A stretch of DNA of 64,000 nucleotides from Octopus vulgaris. Its lineage: Eukaryota. Numbering within the stretch: the stretch's first letter is position 1; each line of letters opens with the position of its first letter. The DNA lies in contig OX597839.1 in NCBI GenBank assembly GCA_951406725.2, positions 30,256,001-30,320,000 of the forward strand, written 5' to 3'. This document shows positions 52,708 through 64,000 of the stretch, one piece after another. The notes beneath the pieces are model-generated. The model made no database searches. It saw only the letters and a list, made by a program, of their open reading frames with translations, and was not told the origin of the DNA. A program made the translations under genes and the position numbers.

Positions 52708-52924
52708 CAGTGGTTGAGAACCCTTTTTTGCCTATGAATGCATTTGATTCCTATTTCACTCTGTTGGGACCCATGTTTGAAAAACAATCCTGTTATAGTT
52801 TCATGATAAAATATTTTTAGGAATTGTATATAAAAAAAATTGCTCAGATATTTTGTGTGTTGTTGAAGTATAACCAATTTGTCGCTAATAAACGTTAACA
52901 AGAAAATCGTGTTGAGAACCCCTG
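52708..52924 (-). mobile_element. hAT MITE, third copy, reverse orientation
   Basis: CAGTGGTTGAGAAC...GTTGAGAACCCCTG; flanks gtttaggt/gcttagct (6/8); ttgattcctattt is the reverse complement of the family interior. Confidence 0.75.
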
Positions 52925-53569
52925 GCTTAGCTTGATCTGGGTAGATAAGCCGAAGAAGATTTGTACTATTTTCTGAAAAAGATTTATTGCTCATCTTTGC
53001 TGATGAAACTGGAATTAAGTAATTCTCTCTGAAGAGCTTGCATTCCATTATATATTTGTGATTGTCAGAGGGAAACCTATGCTATTCCTCACTCCTCAGC
53101 AATTAGAGCTTCTCCAAGAAGTTCTGTTGACAATATGGATTCATAGGTCAGTTTGTTTTAATATCCTTACACTGTCCGACCCATGCCTGCATGTAAGGTG
53201 GACGTTAAACGATGAAGATGATAGTTCTAAACCCATGGCCCAGACAGGATATTTAAATATCATATCCCTAAAATGTAGGCTTTTAAATGCTTGCAAATAA
53301 ATGACAGATGTTTGGTCAGTGTCAGCTGAAATAGATAGCTTCACTTGTTTTACATCTATTTTTCTCAGCCAGTGTAGGTTAGACAAATGCATGTTTTTGG
53401 AGCATATTTTACAGCCAGACCCTTCCTCTTGCTAATCCTTATCGTTTTTAAATAAGGGATTTTTTATTCCACTTGATAACATAAAAAAAGTATTGAACCA
53501 ATGGCCTTCGGAACCTGCCCCCAGCCTGAGTGTATATGGGTGGGGAGGGCCTTATGGTATATTTACCTC

Positions 53570-54355
53570 GTCATCATATGACTGTTTTTCATGCTGGCAT
53601 AGCATGGCTGGTTTGACCAGAGCTAGTAAGGCCAGGAGTACCCCCAGACACCATTGTCTGTTTTGGCATGGTTTCTACAGCTGGATGCCCTTCCTAATGT
53701 CAATCAGTTTACAGTGTGTAGTGGGTGCTTTTAATATGAGACCAGCACCATTGTTTCTCATGTGGTACCAGTATCTGTGCTTCTTATGTTATCAGCACTG
53801 GCATCAATTCTGCCGTGGTGGACGTGTCTCCTTGAGTATGGCAAGGTGCCAAATATCTCTGTCCTTTGTAAGGCTCAGTGTTTTGAGATTGGCCTTCAAT
53901 ACTTTGTCCCATGTCTTCCTGTTCCACAAATTCCATCTACTCTGTGATTGAAACTTCTGTATGCAACTCGCTACAGCCATACGCATCATAGGACCAAACG
54001 TGGGCATTCTTCTCTCTTGCATATTGCATCTAATTCCTCTTATGCCCAACTTTTCTCTCAATACACTTGTGCTCTGTTGCACATGTACACTGACATTGCA
54101 TATCCAGCAAAGCATACCAGCTTCATTCCTCTCTAGCTCCCACATGTCCTCTGCATTTAGGACCTTCATCTCACTACCATGTAGCATTGCTGTTCTTTAT
54201 ACATGCATCATACAATCTTCCCTTAAAGAGAGAGAGACCTTTGGTTGCCAACAGAGTTAAAAGCTCTCTGAATTTTCTCCATTCTATTCTTATTCTAGCT
54301 ATTACACTCTCTGTCCATCTTCCCCTGCAACTAATTTGGTTCCCTAGGTAGCAAG
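53570..54355 (-). mobile_element. RTE LINE 3' fragment
   Basis: MLHGSE...LERNEAGMLCWICNVSVH...LREKLGIRGIRC...RKTWDKV plus the family 3' UTR. Confidence 0.85.
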
Positions 54356-54803
54356 TATCTGCACAGAGAAAACAGTATGAAGTGAGGTGTCTATTTACTT
54401 TTGAAGTGTGTGTGTGTCAGTCGATCAAAAAGAAGTTGAAAATGCCCTGAAAGTCTTTTAAATGGATTATTTTTAGCCCTTTAGCATTTAAACTGGCCAA
54501 ATCTGGTTTCTCACACCTACCCTGCAATGTCATTCTAAAAAACAATCACCTCATAGAAACCTTGAAACTATGAAATAATGCAGGATAAATTCAAAACCAT
54601 GTGAGTTTTGAATAAGCAGAACATTTGATAGAATAATCTGAATGCTAAAAGGGTCAAAGTCCTAATTGGCTTCAAATTTTTCTGATTTTCAAAATTCCAT
54701 GAAATCAGTTAAACCTTTAACAATAAACCATCTAAAAGACTCCAAATACATTTTCAACTTCTTTCTATATTTCTACCCATGTAGAATAAAATAACTCTTT
54801 TCT

Positions 54804-54843
<40 letters not shown>

Positions 54844-54935
54844 TATGTGTACATGCTTTATAATATTCAGTTTTTGCCTTATAGCTTTTGAATAAACTTT
54901 CCTGTGAATTACTGACTTAAAATTCTTTCTTTCAG

Positions 54936-55022
54936 GATTTATTCTTACCTATAAAGTGTCTCTATATCATCGTGTGGGGGCGCTATGTGTTATCCAGGTA
55001 CATAGCTTGCTGGCACATCTCA
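54936..55022 (+). CDS. LPCAT3: LPCAT3-like exon 8 (DLFLPIKCLYIIVWGRYVLSRYIACWHIS)
   Basis: Acceptor ttctttctttcag, donor gtaagt, 87 nt; C.Y...WG..VL..Y..CW motif. Confidence 0.94.
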
Positions 55023-56778
55023 GTAAGTAGAATTTATCACTGTTATTTTCCAAGTCTGAAAGTTTCTTTGTATGTAACAGGAGGATGAAGAACTTCTGAA
55101 TATAATTTTAGAGAAGGATTGAGTCACTTAAGGCTTGTTAGCCAAACCCAGCCTCCAGCAGGGTTTTACCCACCCTACAGACAAACGTTGAGATTCTTTT
55201 CTTGTGCAGCAGTGTTTTTTTCTCCTTCTTTTATGTTCTTTGACATGACTACGCTGATGGATAATGAAGAGAATCTGGAGTCAGTCTCATTGCATTGGTT
55301 TGTGGGAACCATTTTGTTAATATTGCACAAGATGTGTGCTAAGAAGTTTGCTTTCCTGACCCCATGGTTTCAGGTTCAGTCCCACTGTCTGGCACCTTGG
55401 GCAAGTGTCTTCTACTATAGCCTCGCACTGGCCAAAGCCTTGTCAGTGGATTTGGTGACGGAAACTGAAAGAAGCCTCTGTGTGTGCGTGTGTGTGTTCA
55501 CTTCTTTGTAACTTAGCAATCCAACAAAAGGGACTGATAGAATAAGTACCAGGTTTAGAAGTACTGGGGTTAATTCATTTGACTTCAAGGTGGTGCCCCA
55601 GCATGTCCACAGTCTAATGACAAAGGAGTAAAAGATAAAAGAAAAACTGTATTAGATAGAGATGGTGTGTGTGAGTGCCGAAACAGCCTCATTGTATTTT
55701 AAGAAGAATACAGGGAACAAAACATGCTAAATGTCTGATAATGCAAGAAAACAGAATTCTTTCCTGTAAAAGTTGTAGTCTGTCTTTTGTGATTTGTAAG
55801 GAATGACGTGGAGTAACTGGGCCCCAGATTTAATTCCCCCCCACTTTTTGGTTGCTAAGGTAGTTATGGGGGTATTCCTCTCAATAATTCGATCTTTTAG
55901 AATATTTTTTTCTTTCTTTTCTTCCTGTAAAAGTATATTAATAAAAACACAAATGAGTTGAAAAAAGGAAAGACTGTGTTAAGGGGTCAGTCAATGCCCT
56001 GGTATGTCACATCACTTGACGATGATGACCCCTCTTCCACTCACATGACTTTGAGATAAACCAAACATTTAATGTTGCTGCAATTCCCAGGAACACGGGA
56101 TGTTGCTGGAGTTTCCAAGATTCTTAGACACGGGATTATTTCTTTATTGTGTTCCCTGGGAAACCAGTTTCTCTCATTTGTCAGGGAAATGTTGCCGTGG
56201 CAAAGGTGGCCAATATCTTGTAATGTTATTTGTTCTGGTAAAATAAAGGGAATGGGTTCAAATGGTTTGATCAACCAGTGCTATCAATTCATTGTTGCAT
56301 AATGTAAATGGCTGAGTATCTCACAGACTCCTCTATCTATACTGAAGTCAGTTTGGCACTGTGTATGTATGAAGGTGCTGACCTTTAGAATTCCTGCTCC
56401 AGGTCATCTGATGAGCTTCGCACTGTTTCATTTTACCAATTTTCTTCAAGATTTGGATCAACCCAAAAATAAGACCCTTGGCCCATGTGCCACACAATAG
56501 GATTGAACCTTAGAACTCGTGATTATGAAACAAAGTTCTTAACCTTGTGGCAGAATCATTAGCAACATTTTGTCTGTCTTTACATTCTGAGTTCAAATTC
56601 GGCTGAGGTTGGTTTTGTCTTTCATCCTTTCGGGGTTGATAAATTAAGTACCAGTTGTGTACTGGGGTCGATGTAATCAACTTAGCCCCTCCCCTCAAAT
56701 TGCTGGCCTTGTGCCAACATTTGAAAGTATCGTTATATTGTTTTATTATGTTCTAAATATTTAATGTTCTTATTGCAG

Positions 56779-56945
56779 GAGGGGATCTGCATTTTAACTG
56801 GTCTTCCTTACAATGGAGAAGACGAGAAAGGCAACCCCACATGGAATTCCATGGAAAACATCAAACTCTATGAATTTGAAACTTCTTTTAGTCTGTACGG
56901 CCTCACAAAGGCCTTCAATGTACAAACCAGTACCTGGATGGTTAA
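56779..56945 (+). CDS. LPCAT3: LPCAT3-like exon 9 (EGICILTGLPYNGEDEKGNPTWNSMENIKLYEFETSFSLYGLTKAFNVQTSTWMV-K), contains the conserved MBOAT Asn
   Basis: Acceptor tattgcag, donor AA|gtaagt, 167 nt; EG.CILTGL..NG and FET...FN..T..W motifs. Confidence 0.96.
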
Positions 56946-57207
56946 GTAAGTCTCTCCTCTCTCTTTGTCTTACTCTCTCTCTCTCTCTCTCTCTCATTCT
57001 TTTACCTCTTTCTCTCATTCTCCTTCATCAGTTGACATACTCAATAACTGTCAGGTGTCTTTATGTTTTTGTCAACCAAAAACCCCTCACTTTTTATCTT
57101 CCAATACCCCAAAAAAATAAAAGCCTGAATACAAGAAATAAATATAATTTTCAACAAAATAGTCAAAACAATTTGAATTAGTCTAATAATAATAATAATA
57201 ATAATAA

Positions 57208-57745
57208 TGCCCTGACATAGTCCCAGGCAGTGGCTCTCGTGACTTCTGATTGGGAGTGTTATCATTGTTTTGTCTTGGTATAAAAGATGGCCTACAGCAA
57301 ATATTCTGCTCGGCACCACAGATTTGCTTGTCAGTTGCTTGACCATAATCAGTTGAGCATGTCCCTTAGTGGCTGACGATATGTGCATCTCTGATCACGA
57401 GCAGAAGTAGTGGGGGAGCATCATAGCCATGTGTTGAGAGGGATTCTTTGAATAATTCACGTCTGGAAGCATGGGTGTTTTGTTCATCATCCTTAAACTA
57501 ACCTTATTCAGGGACCTTTTGAGCGGGATGGGCTACTCAACCTACAGAAAATTCTAACTGGGCTCCACCAGCAAGGTCATTCGCTGTTTATCTTGATATA
57601 AGGTCACCCACCATGTCAAGCACATATGGTTGTGATGCATGTGCCTGGTGTACCCTTATCAGATGGATAGTCATGATGGGTATATTGGGCTTCATATATT
57701 TGTACCCGAGTGTCACTTTGATGACATGTGCTGCTCTCTCACTCA
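57208..57745. mobile_element. Second copy of the ~550-bp TG...CA element inside an (AAT)n tract
   Basis: Same termini (TGCCCTGA...CTCTCACTCA) as 17867-18423; ATAA on both sides. Confidence 0.85.
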
Positions 57746-58403
57746 ATAATAGTAATAATGGTGTCAAATTTTGGCACAAGACTAGCAATCTCATGGGAGA
57801 AGACAAGTGATTTCCATGCCAGCCCTTAACAGGTTTTATTGACCCTGAAAGGATGAAAGGCAAAGATGACTGACAAAATGCTACTAAGCATTTTAGCCAG
57901 TGTGCTAACGCTTCTGTTAGTTTAGCACCACAGTAATAAGAATAATGTCTTCTGCTATAGCCCCAGGTTAACCAAAACTTTGTGAGTGGATTTGGCACAC
58001 AGAAATTGAAAGAAGCTCATCATATACATACATACATACATACATACATACACGTGCATATCTATGTGTGAGTGTTTGTCCTCCAGTACTGCTTGACAAT
58101 TGGTGTTGTTCTATTTACATCCCCATAATTTAGCGGTTCAGCAATGGGCTAAAATCCTTCAAGGTGGTGCCCCACTATGGCTGCAGTCCAATAACTGCAA
58201 CAAGTAAATGTTAAAAATTCTTCCCCTTTGCTCTAAGTTAACATTTAAATCAACTTTTCATATTGGATTTATAAGAAATAATTTTAATTATTTTCCCATT
58301 TTTTTCTTTGAAATTGTTACAGATTTTTCTGTTTTTTTAATGCATTTTCCTCTTATGTTTTAATTTTTTTTTGCCATATTCTTTCTCTCTCTCCCTTTCA
58401 TAG

Positions 58404-58551
58404 GTACCTAATGAAAAGACTACGATTTTTGGGCAATAAAGAACTTTCCAAATTCATCACTTTTGCATATCTGGCATTGTGGCACGGCTTGTACACTGGA
58501 TATTTCAACACATTCTTCTTAGAATTTATGATGATTACGGCAGAGACATTT
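58404..58551 (+). CDS. LPCAT3: LPCAT3-like exon 10 (YLMKRLRFLGNKELSKFITFAYLALWHGLYTGYFNTFFLEFMMITAETF), contains the catalytic His
   Basis: Acceptor ccctttcatag, donor TTT|gtacgg, 148 nt; KRL.FLGNKELS and LALWHG. The His is 36 residues after the exon 9 Asn. Confidence 0.96.
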
Positions 58552-61023
58552 GTACGGAGCTTTTTTATTTGCACATTTATACGTTGATTTATTTGTTGAT
58601 GTATTTTGGGGGTAAACCCTTGGTTTACCAAATTTATGAATTAGTTCAGTATTTATATATCAATTCATTTATGTTACGAAAAAGATGAGCATCACAGGAT
58701 CTCATGTTTTGTCTCAGTAAGAAATCTGGTTTTAAGTAAACAGAACAGCAAATGTCACATATCATCGAGTCAGCTTCATTTCAGTTTCCCTTTAATCTTT
58801 GCAACTCTGAGAAAAGAGGATCATAGAATGCAGTCTTACCTCTGCAACAATCTTCTCTAGACATTTTTGACTTGATTTCAACCTGTTTTCACAACCAAAA
58901 CAACACTTTTTGTTTAAACAGTTTTTATTTTTATCCCTTTGAAAGTTCATTGGTGAAGTGGTTTGTCTTGGGAGAATGAGTTTGTGATGAATGAGTTGCA
59001 GTGAAGGGTTAGTCATCTTCTGGTCTTAAATCTTTAAGAATCACCAAAAGTGATTTGAAAGACCTCAGTTTTGGTGTGGGTTATATCTATCCATCCGTCC
59101 ATCCAGCTGCTTATTGTGATCACTGAGATAAAAACCTTTTCAATAAAGATAACCAGCTGATTTTTTAAAGCTTAGGACCTATTAATTTTGATAATAACCA
59201 GATGATACCATCGTAATTAGCAGTTAATTGTATTAATGATGATAAGGGATGAACTATTTTGGTTGATTGACCCAAAATCAACTTCAACCTGTGTCACCCT
59301 CACAGTTCTTTACATTCTTTTACTGATTTCAAAATTCTTTGGACTTTGCCTACATTTTATTGAAAGGTGAAGTCCTTTGAGTATAAGGGGACATAACTGA
59401 AATGGATGCAAACATCAGTTTTTTGTTTGGAGCACTGGCTTTGCCATTTGTACCCTTAGATAGAAACACAATTTTATGCACTGGGTTTCCTCACAGTTTC
59501 CCTCTATCAATTTTCAGTCAGAGTTTTGGTTCTCTGGAAGCTAAAACAGAAAACACTTGCCTGTAAGTGCTGTGGAATGGAACCATGTTGTTGTTCTTTG
59601 CACTTCTTAACCAAACACAGACATGCAGTGTAGAGGGGGGGGGGGCTTCTGGGGTTCCTTGGATTGAGAGTGGAGTCTTGTGTTTCTAGTGAATAACAAC
59701 CCCATCCCTAATTCATTAAAAATACAGCCAAGTCATTCAAGTTTCACTCATTTAACTGCTTAATTAATGAGATTGATTATATCAGGCATGTCAACCTGCA
59801 AATTCTCTATGAGCTACATTACTCACAAGATGTCATGAGGGCCCCATGTTTTAAACACAAATCTACAACAAATATTTCCATCAATTCTTTATTATTAGGT
59901 AAAGAAAAAAACTTTTAAAACCTTTTATTTGCTCGTCAGTTAAGTTATTTTTAATATTAAAATTTTTGGGGGTCCCCCCCATTTTAAACCCCTAACTACA
60001 CCACTTGTAGGTTGCATTTGTGTTTAACATGCCTGGATTATATATATCCTCATCATTGTTTAATGTCTGTTTTCCATGCTGGCATGGGTTGGATGGTTTG
60101 ACAGGAGCTGCCCCCGACTCCATTTGTTTGATTGGGCATTGTTTCTACAGCTGGATGCCCTTCAGCTCTTCCTAATGCCAACCACTTACAGTGTGCTGGG
60201 GGCTTTTTCTGTGGTGCCAGCACCAGCAGGGTCATCAACCCCCTCCCCCCTCATTTAGGAGTAAAGGGGTGGGGTTACTTTGTGGAAGTTAAGGAGAAAT
60301 TAGAGGAATAGGTGTCTTGCTATAGACTAGATACATGGACACTCCAGTTGAAAAAGAAAGGAGGGTGAGTTAGAGAGTAGGATAAGGAGCAGTGAAGATG
60401 AAGAAAGTCGTGTCTAAAAATGTTTGTGCAATGTCATTTTACACCAAGGTCAACATTGCCTTTCCTCTCTGTATGAACAGACAAAACACTACTGTCAGTA
60501 GAATCAACTAAAGACCCCTTTAAAGGGTGTTCCACTATGGCCTTGGTCCAACTATTTGTGTTGCTGGACTACTGACCCTTGCTATTCTGCCCTGAGAGCT
60601 GACAAGGGTGATGGGGTGGTGGTCATCTAATGTGTGAGGGGAGGGTAACATGAAAGAGAAGGAAATGAGGATAGGAGGAGAGGTGGGGAGTGGTGAAGAT
60701 GGGCCAGGGAAGAGTGATGAGGTATCACCACTGAAAAGCAGACACACACACACACACATGAGATCTATCTGTCTCATTCATCAGGAAACTGCAGCCTGAC
60801 ACAGATGGAGAAGTACTATGAAATAGCAACAGTTGGAAGAGAAAAGTACTTAGAAATAAAAAGTGGATAATTGCTAAATGTAATAAAGCAACACCAAAAC
60901 AAGAAAATGCTTTTCTCTGTAGACAAGGGGGGGAGAAAATACAAAAGAGAAACAAAGAAAGGAATAAATGTGAAAAGGGTTTCAATATCAAAGTATTGTT
61001 TCATGTCTGTTGTTTCGTTTCAG

Positions 61024-61179
61024 ATTCTCAGCCGTTTGAAAGGCCGAATAGGGCCCTTGCCATCAGGGAGACTCAATTCAGTATGGTTGTGGGTCTTCTT
61101 TAGACTTTTTTACTGCCAGTTCTTTTGGGGTTACGCATTGGTGTCATTTGAGTTGTTACAGTTTAAAAAGTACATGATG
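61024..61179 (+). CDS. LPCAT3: LPCAT3-like exon 11 (ILSRLKGRIGPLPSGRLNSVWLWVFFRLFYCQFFWGYALVSFELLQFKKYMM); gene continues past the window
   Basis: Acceptor tgtttcgtttcag, donor ATG|gtaagt, 156 nt, phase 0-0; GY.L..F.L motif. No terminal exon recognised in 61180-64000. Confidence 0.88.
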
Positions 61180-61809
61180 GTAAGTGGCTTTTGATACGGT
61201 TTTTTTGTTTTTGATGTCCATGTCCTTTTATCTGTGAATCCTTTGTGCTTCAATAGCCAGAAGAGAAGTCTGTGTCGTTAACCCCTCAATCAGGGTTCAA
61301 GCCACACAACAGGATCTCAACCTAGAAAAACTTGCTGGAGTTCTGTAGTACAGCAGTAAAACTAGTTCAGCCTGTGATGCCTGGACCTCTGGGTAGACTG
61401 GACCACTTGAATATGGATACAGTAATGCTGATGATAGTATTTGAACCCTTGACAACACAGTCGTCTGCAGCTCGTGTTTCAAGTGGTTGATTTCTTCTTC
61501 CCGCTTTTACATCTTCTTTGACCAAAAAATAATCTTACCTTTCTGTCTCGCACCCCTGCTTCCACAGGAACAAGAAATGTAGAAGAAAATTACTGAAATG
61601 GTTACATGGAATATGACACAACTAAATTGAAGAACTAATTTTGGGATGGCAGAGCAGAAACTTTACAGAATCCTACAGATTTGTAATTGTGCAGCTGCTT
61701 GAATGATGACCCCTGTAAATAACTGGTACTTTAATGACTCAAAAGTAAAGTCTACTTTGGCAAAATCTAAACTCAGAGCATCTCTCTTCAGATTCTTTTG
61801 TTCTAATAA

Positions 61810-62500
61810 TAAATAATGAAGGCAACCATTCTAATGCCAAACTACTAAAACACTGTAAACCCACAGAATTATTGGCCAATAACAGGTCAACCTACAGGAG
61901 CCCCACATCAGTTGTCTATAAACAGTTTGTAACACAACTGAAAAACAACAATGTTTCACTCGAAGAACAAAACAGGGGCTGGAGAGAGAAGCATTGGGGG
62001 GGGGGGGCTGTGACTAGAGAAAGACAAACCTCAACATGACTGGGATTATCAGAAAGCATTCAAGAGTGTTCCACATTAATGGATACTGGAGTCTCTCCGC
62101 ACAAACGAAGTAGCTTCAACACTATTTAAATATATCAATCATGCAATGGCAAACTAGAAAACCAGCCTAATGTTGAAAAATGTGTCACAAGTCATTAAAA
62201 CCTGCCTATATTTATAAGAAGAAAGATTTTCCAAGGAGACTCCTTGTTGTCACTCCTGCTTTTCTGCCTTACTCTGACCCCGCTAACAAACTTGTTAAAT
62301 GAAACCACCATGGGTTACAGATGCTCTGGACAAACTGTAAATAATTTCCTATATACTGACGGCTTAAAAATTTTCACTAAAAATATCACTGAACAGAAAA
62401 ACCTTAAAAAAATTGTCTTTGTTTCAACAACCAGGATGAGCTTGGGGTTGGACAATGGGCCAAAATGGCATTGAGAAGGGGCAAATTAATAGCAACATTT
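61810..62500 (+). mobile_element. Degraded R4/Dong-like reverse-transcriptase fragment
   Basis: EEQ, WDYQKAFKSVPH, FQGDSLLSLLLFCLTLTPL and FLYTDGLKIFTKN...MSLGLDN motifs. Confidence 0.75.
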
Positions 62501-62629
62501 GGAATAGAAAAATACTTAGAAACATGGTTGACTTTTCCTTTCATCCTTTCAGGGTCAATAAAATAAGTACCAGTTGGACATTGGGGTTGATGTAATTGAC
62601 TCATCCCCTCCACCAAAATTTGAAACCTC

Positions 62630-64000
62630 ATCATCATCATTAAACATCCATTGTTCATACTGGCATCGGTTGACTGGTTGGACCATGGCTGGCAAGCTGG
62701 AAGGCTGCACCAGACTCTAGTCCGATTTGGCATGGTTTTCTACAGCTTGATGCAAAGTGTAATGGGTGATTTTACGTGCCACTGGCATGGGTGCCATTTG
62801 TGTGACGCCGGTGTCTTCCACAACTGTAATTTTGCTCAGCTTGATGGTCTTCTTCTCAAGCACAACATAATGCCAAAAGTCTTGGTCATTACCCCTGTGA
62901 GGCCCTACGCTCAAAAGGAACTCAGCCACTTTGTTCGAATGGTGCTCTTTACGTACCACCAGCATCAGTACCAGTTATGTGACATCAACATCAGCCATAA
63001 CTACTATTTCACTTGATGGGATTGCTGAAGCACAGCATATTGCCAAAGGTCTCGGTCACTAGTCATTGCCTCTGTCAAGCTCAAAGTTCAAAGATCATGC
63101 TTCATTATTTCGTCCTATGTCTTCCTGGGTCTACCTCTACCACAGGTTCCCTCCACAGTTAGACATCAGAACTTCTTTACACAGCTGTCCTCATCCATAT
63201 GTATCACATGACCTTACCAGTGCAGTCGTCTCTCTTGCACACCACATCTGATGCCTCTTATGCCTGACTTTTCTCTCAAGATACTTATACTCTGTCAAAC
63301 ATGCACACTGACATTGCACATCCAGTGAAGCATATTGGCTTCATTTCCTTCAAACCTTACGCATGTCCTCAGCTGTCACAGCCCATGTTTCAGTGCCATG
63401 TAGTGTGGCTGTTCACACACAGGCATCAAACAATCTGCCTTTCACTCTGAGAGAGAGGCTCTTTGTTGCCAGCAGGGGTAGGAGCTCTCTGAATTTTACT
63501 CAGCCTAATCTTATTCTCACAGCTACGCTCTCAGAGCATCCACCTCCACTACTAACCTAGATAATGGATGCTATCTACTCCCTTTAGCTTGTACCCCTGG
63601 CAATTGATGGAGTCTATTTTCTGCACATTTCAGTGTTTATTGTACCTGTGCATCTTCCACACACAAAAGTTCTTTTCCCTGTTAACCTTCCTTTGATGTT
63701 TTTGCACCTTTTATGTGTCCAAAGCTTACACCAGGTGCATCTTATGGAGTTTCTACCAACACCTTTTCTACAGACTGAGAAGAGCCATCTACCTGAAGGG
63801 ATTTGTGATTTGTCTGCCTTCCTACTTACTAAGACTTTGCATTTTGCTAGGTTAACTCTAAGGCCCTTTGATTCTAAACTGTGCTTCCATACCTGGAACT
63901 TCTTCACTAGTTCTGGTAATGATTTGGGTATAAGAGTAAGGTTATCAACGTAGAGGAGGTCCCAGAGGCAGCCTGTCTTAAATTCCTCTGTTATTGCCAG
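62630..64000 (-). mobile_element. RTE LINE, longest copy, runs off the window edge
   Basis: LLYVDNL (YADD motif), GLRVNLAKCKV, PHD-like Cys/His cluster, C-terminal region and 3' UTR with (CAT)n on +. Confidence 0.9.

Noticed and set aside
59626-60005. Possible PIF/Harbinger-like MITE (cagtgtagagggg...cccctaactacaccact)
   Set aside because: Left terminus too degenerate and no clear TSD.

Overview
Eukaryotic, AT-rich, repeat-dense genomic DNA. The SINE/RTE-LINE repertoire and microsatellite density suggest an octopus or other cephalopod (inference, not verified). One protein-coding gene is supported: a + strand MBOAT-family lysophospholipid acyltransferase most like LPCAT3/MBOAT5. I assembled 11 coding exons with GT-AG introns and consistent phases (2916-3048, 40949-41056, 42450-42556, 43372-43509, 44958-45065, 49001-49071, 52398-52506, 54936-55022, 56779-56945, 58404-58551, 61024-61179; 1332 nt = 444 codons, no internal stop). 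The stop codon was not found, so the last exon probably lies beyond the window. Intron 1 is about 37.9 kb. Almost all ORFs in the supplied track are microsatellite or repeat noise. The rest of the window holds several tRNA-derived SINE families, RTE and R4/Dong-like LINE fragments, hAT, piggyBac-like and Tigger-like MITEs, and tandem repeats. Best leads: a 112-bp fold-back hairpin made of two RTE 3' ends, an internally deleted RTE whose start-codon region is complementary to its 3' end, a fixed-end ~550-bp element found twice inside (AAT)n tracts, and RTE fragments carrying PHD and C2H2 fingers. I cannot demonstrate a new biological system from sequence alone. Repeat boundaries are approximate unless a target-site duplication is given.
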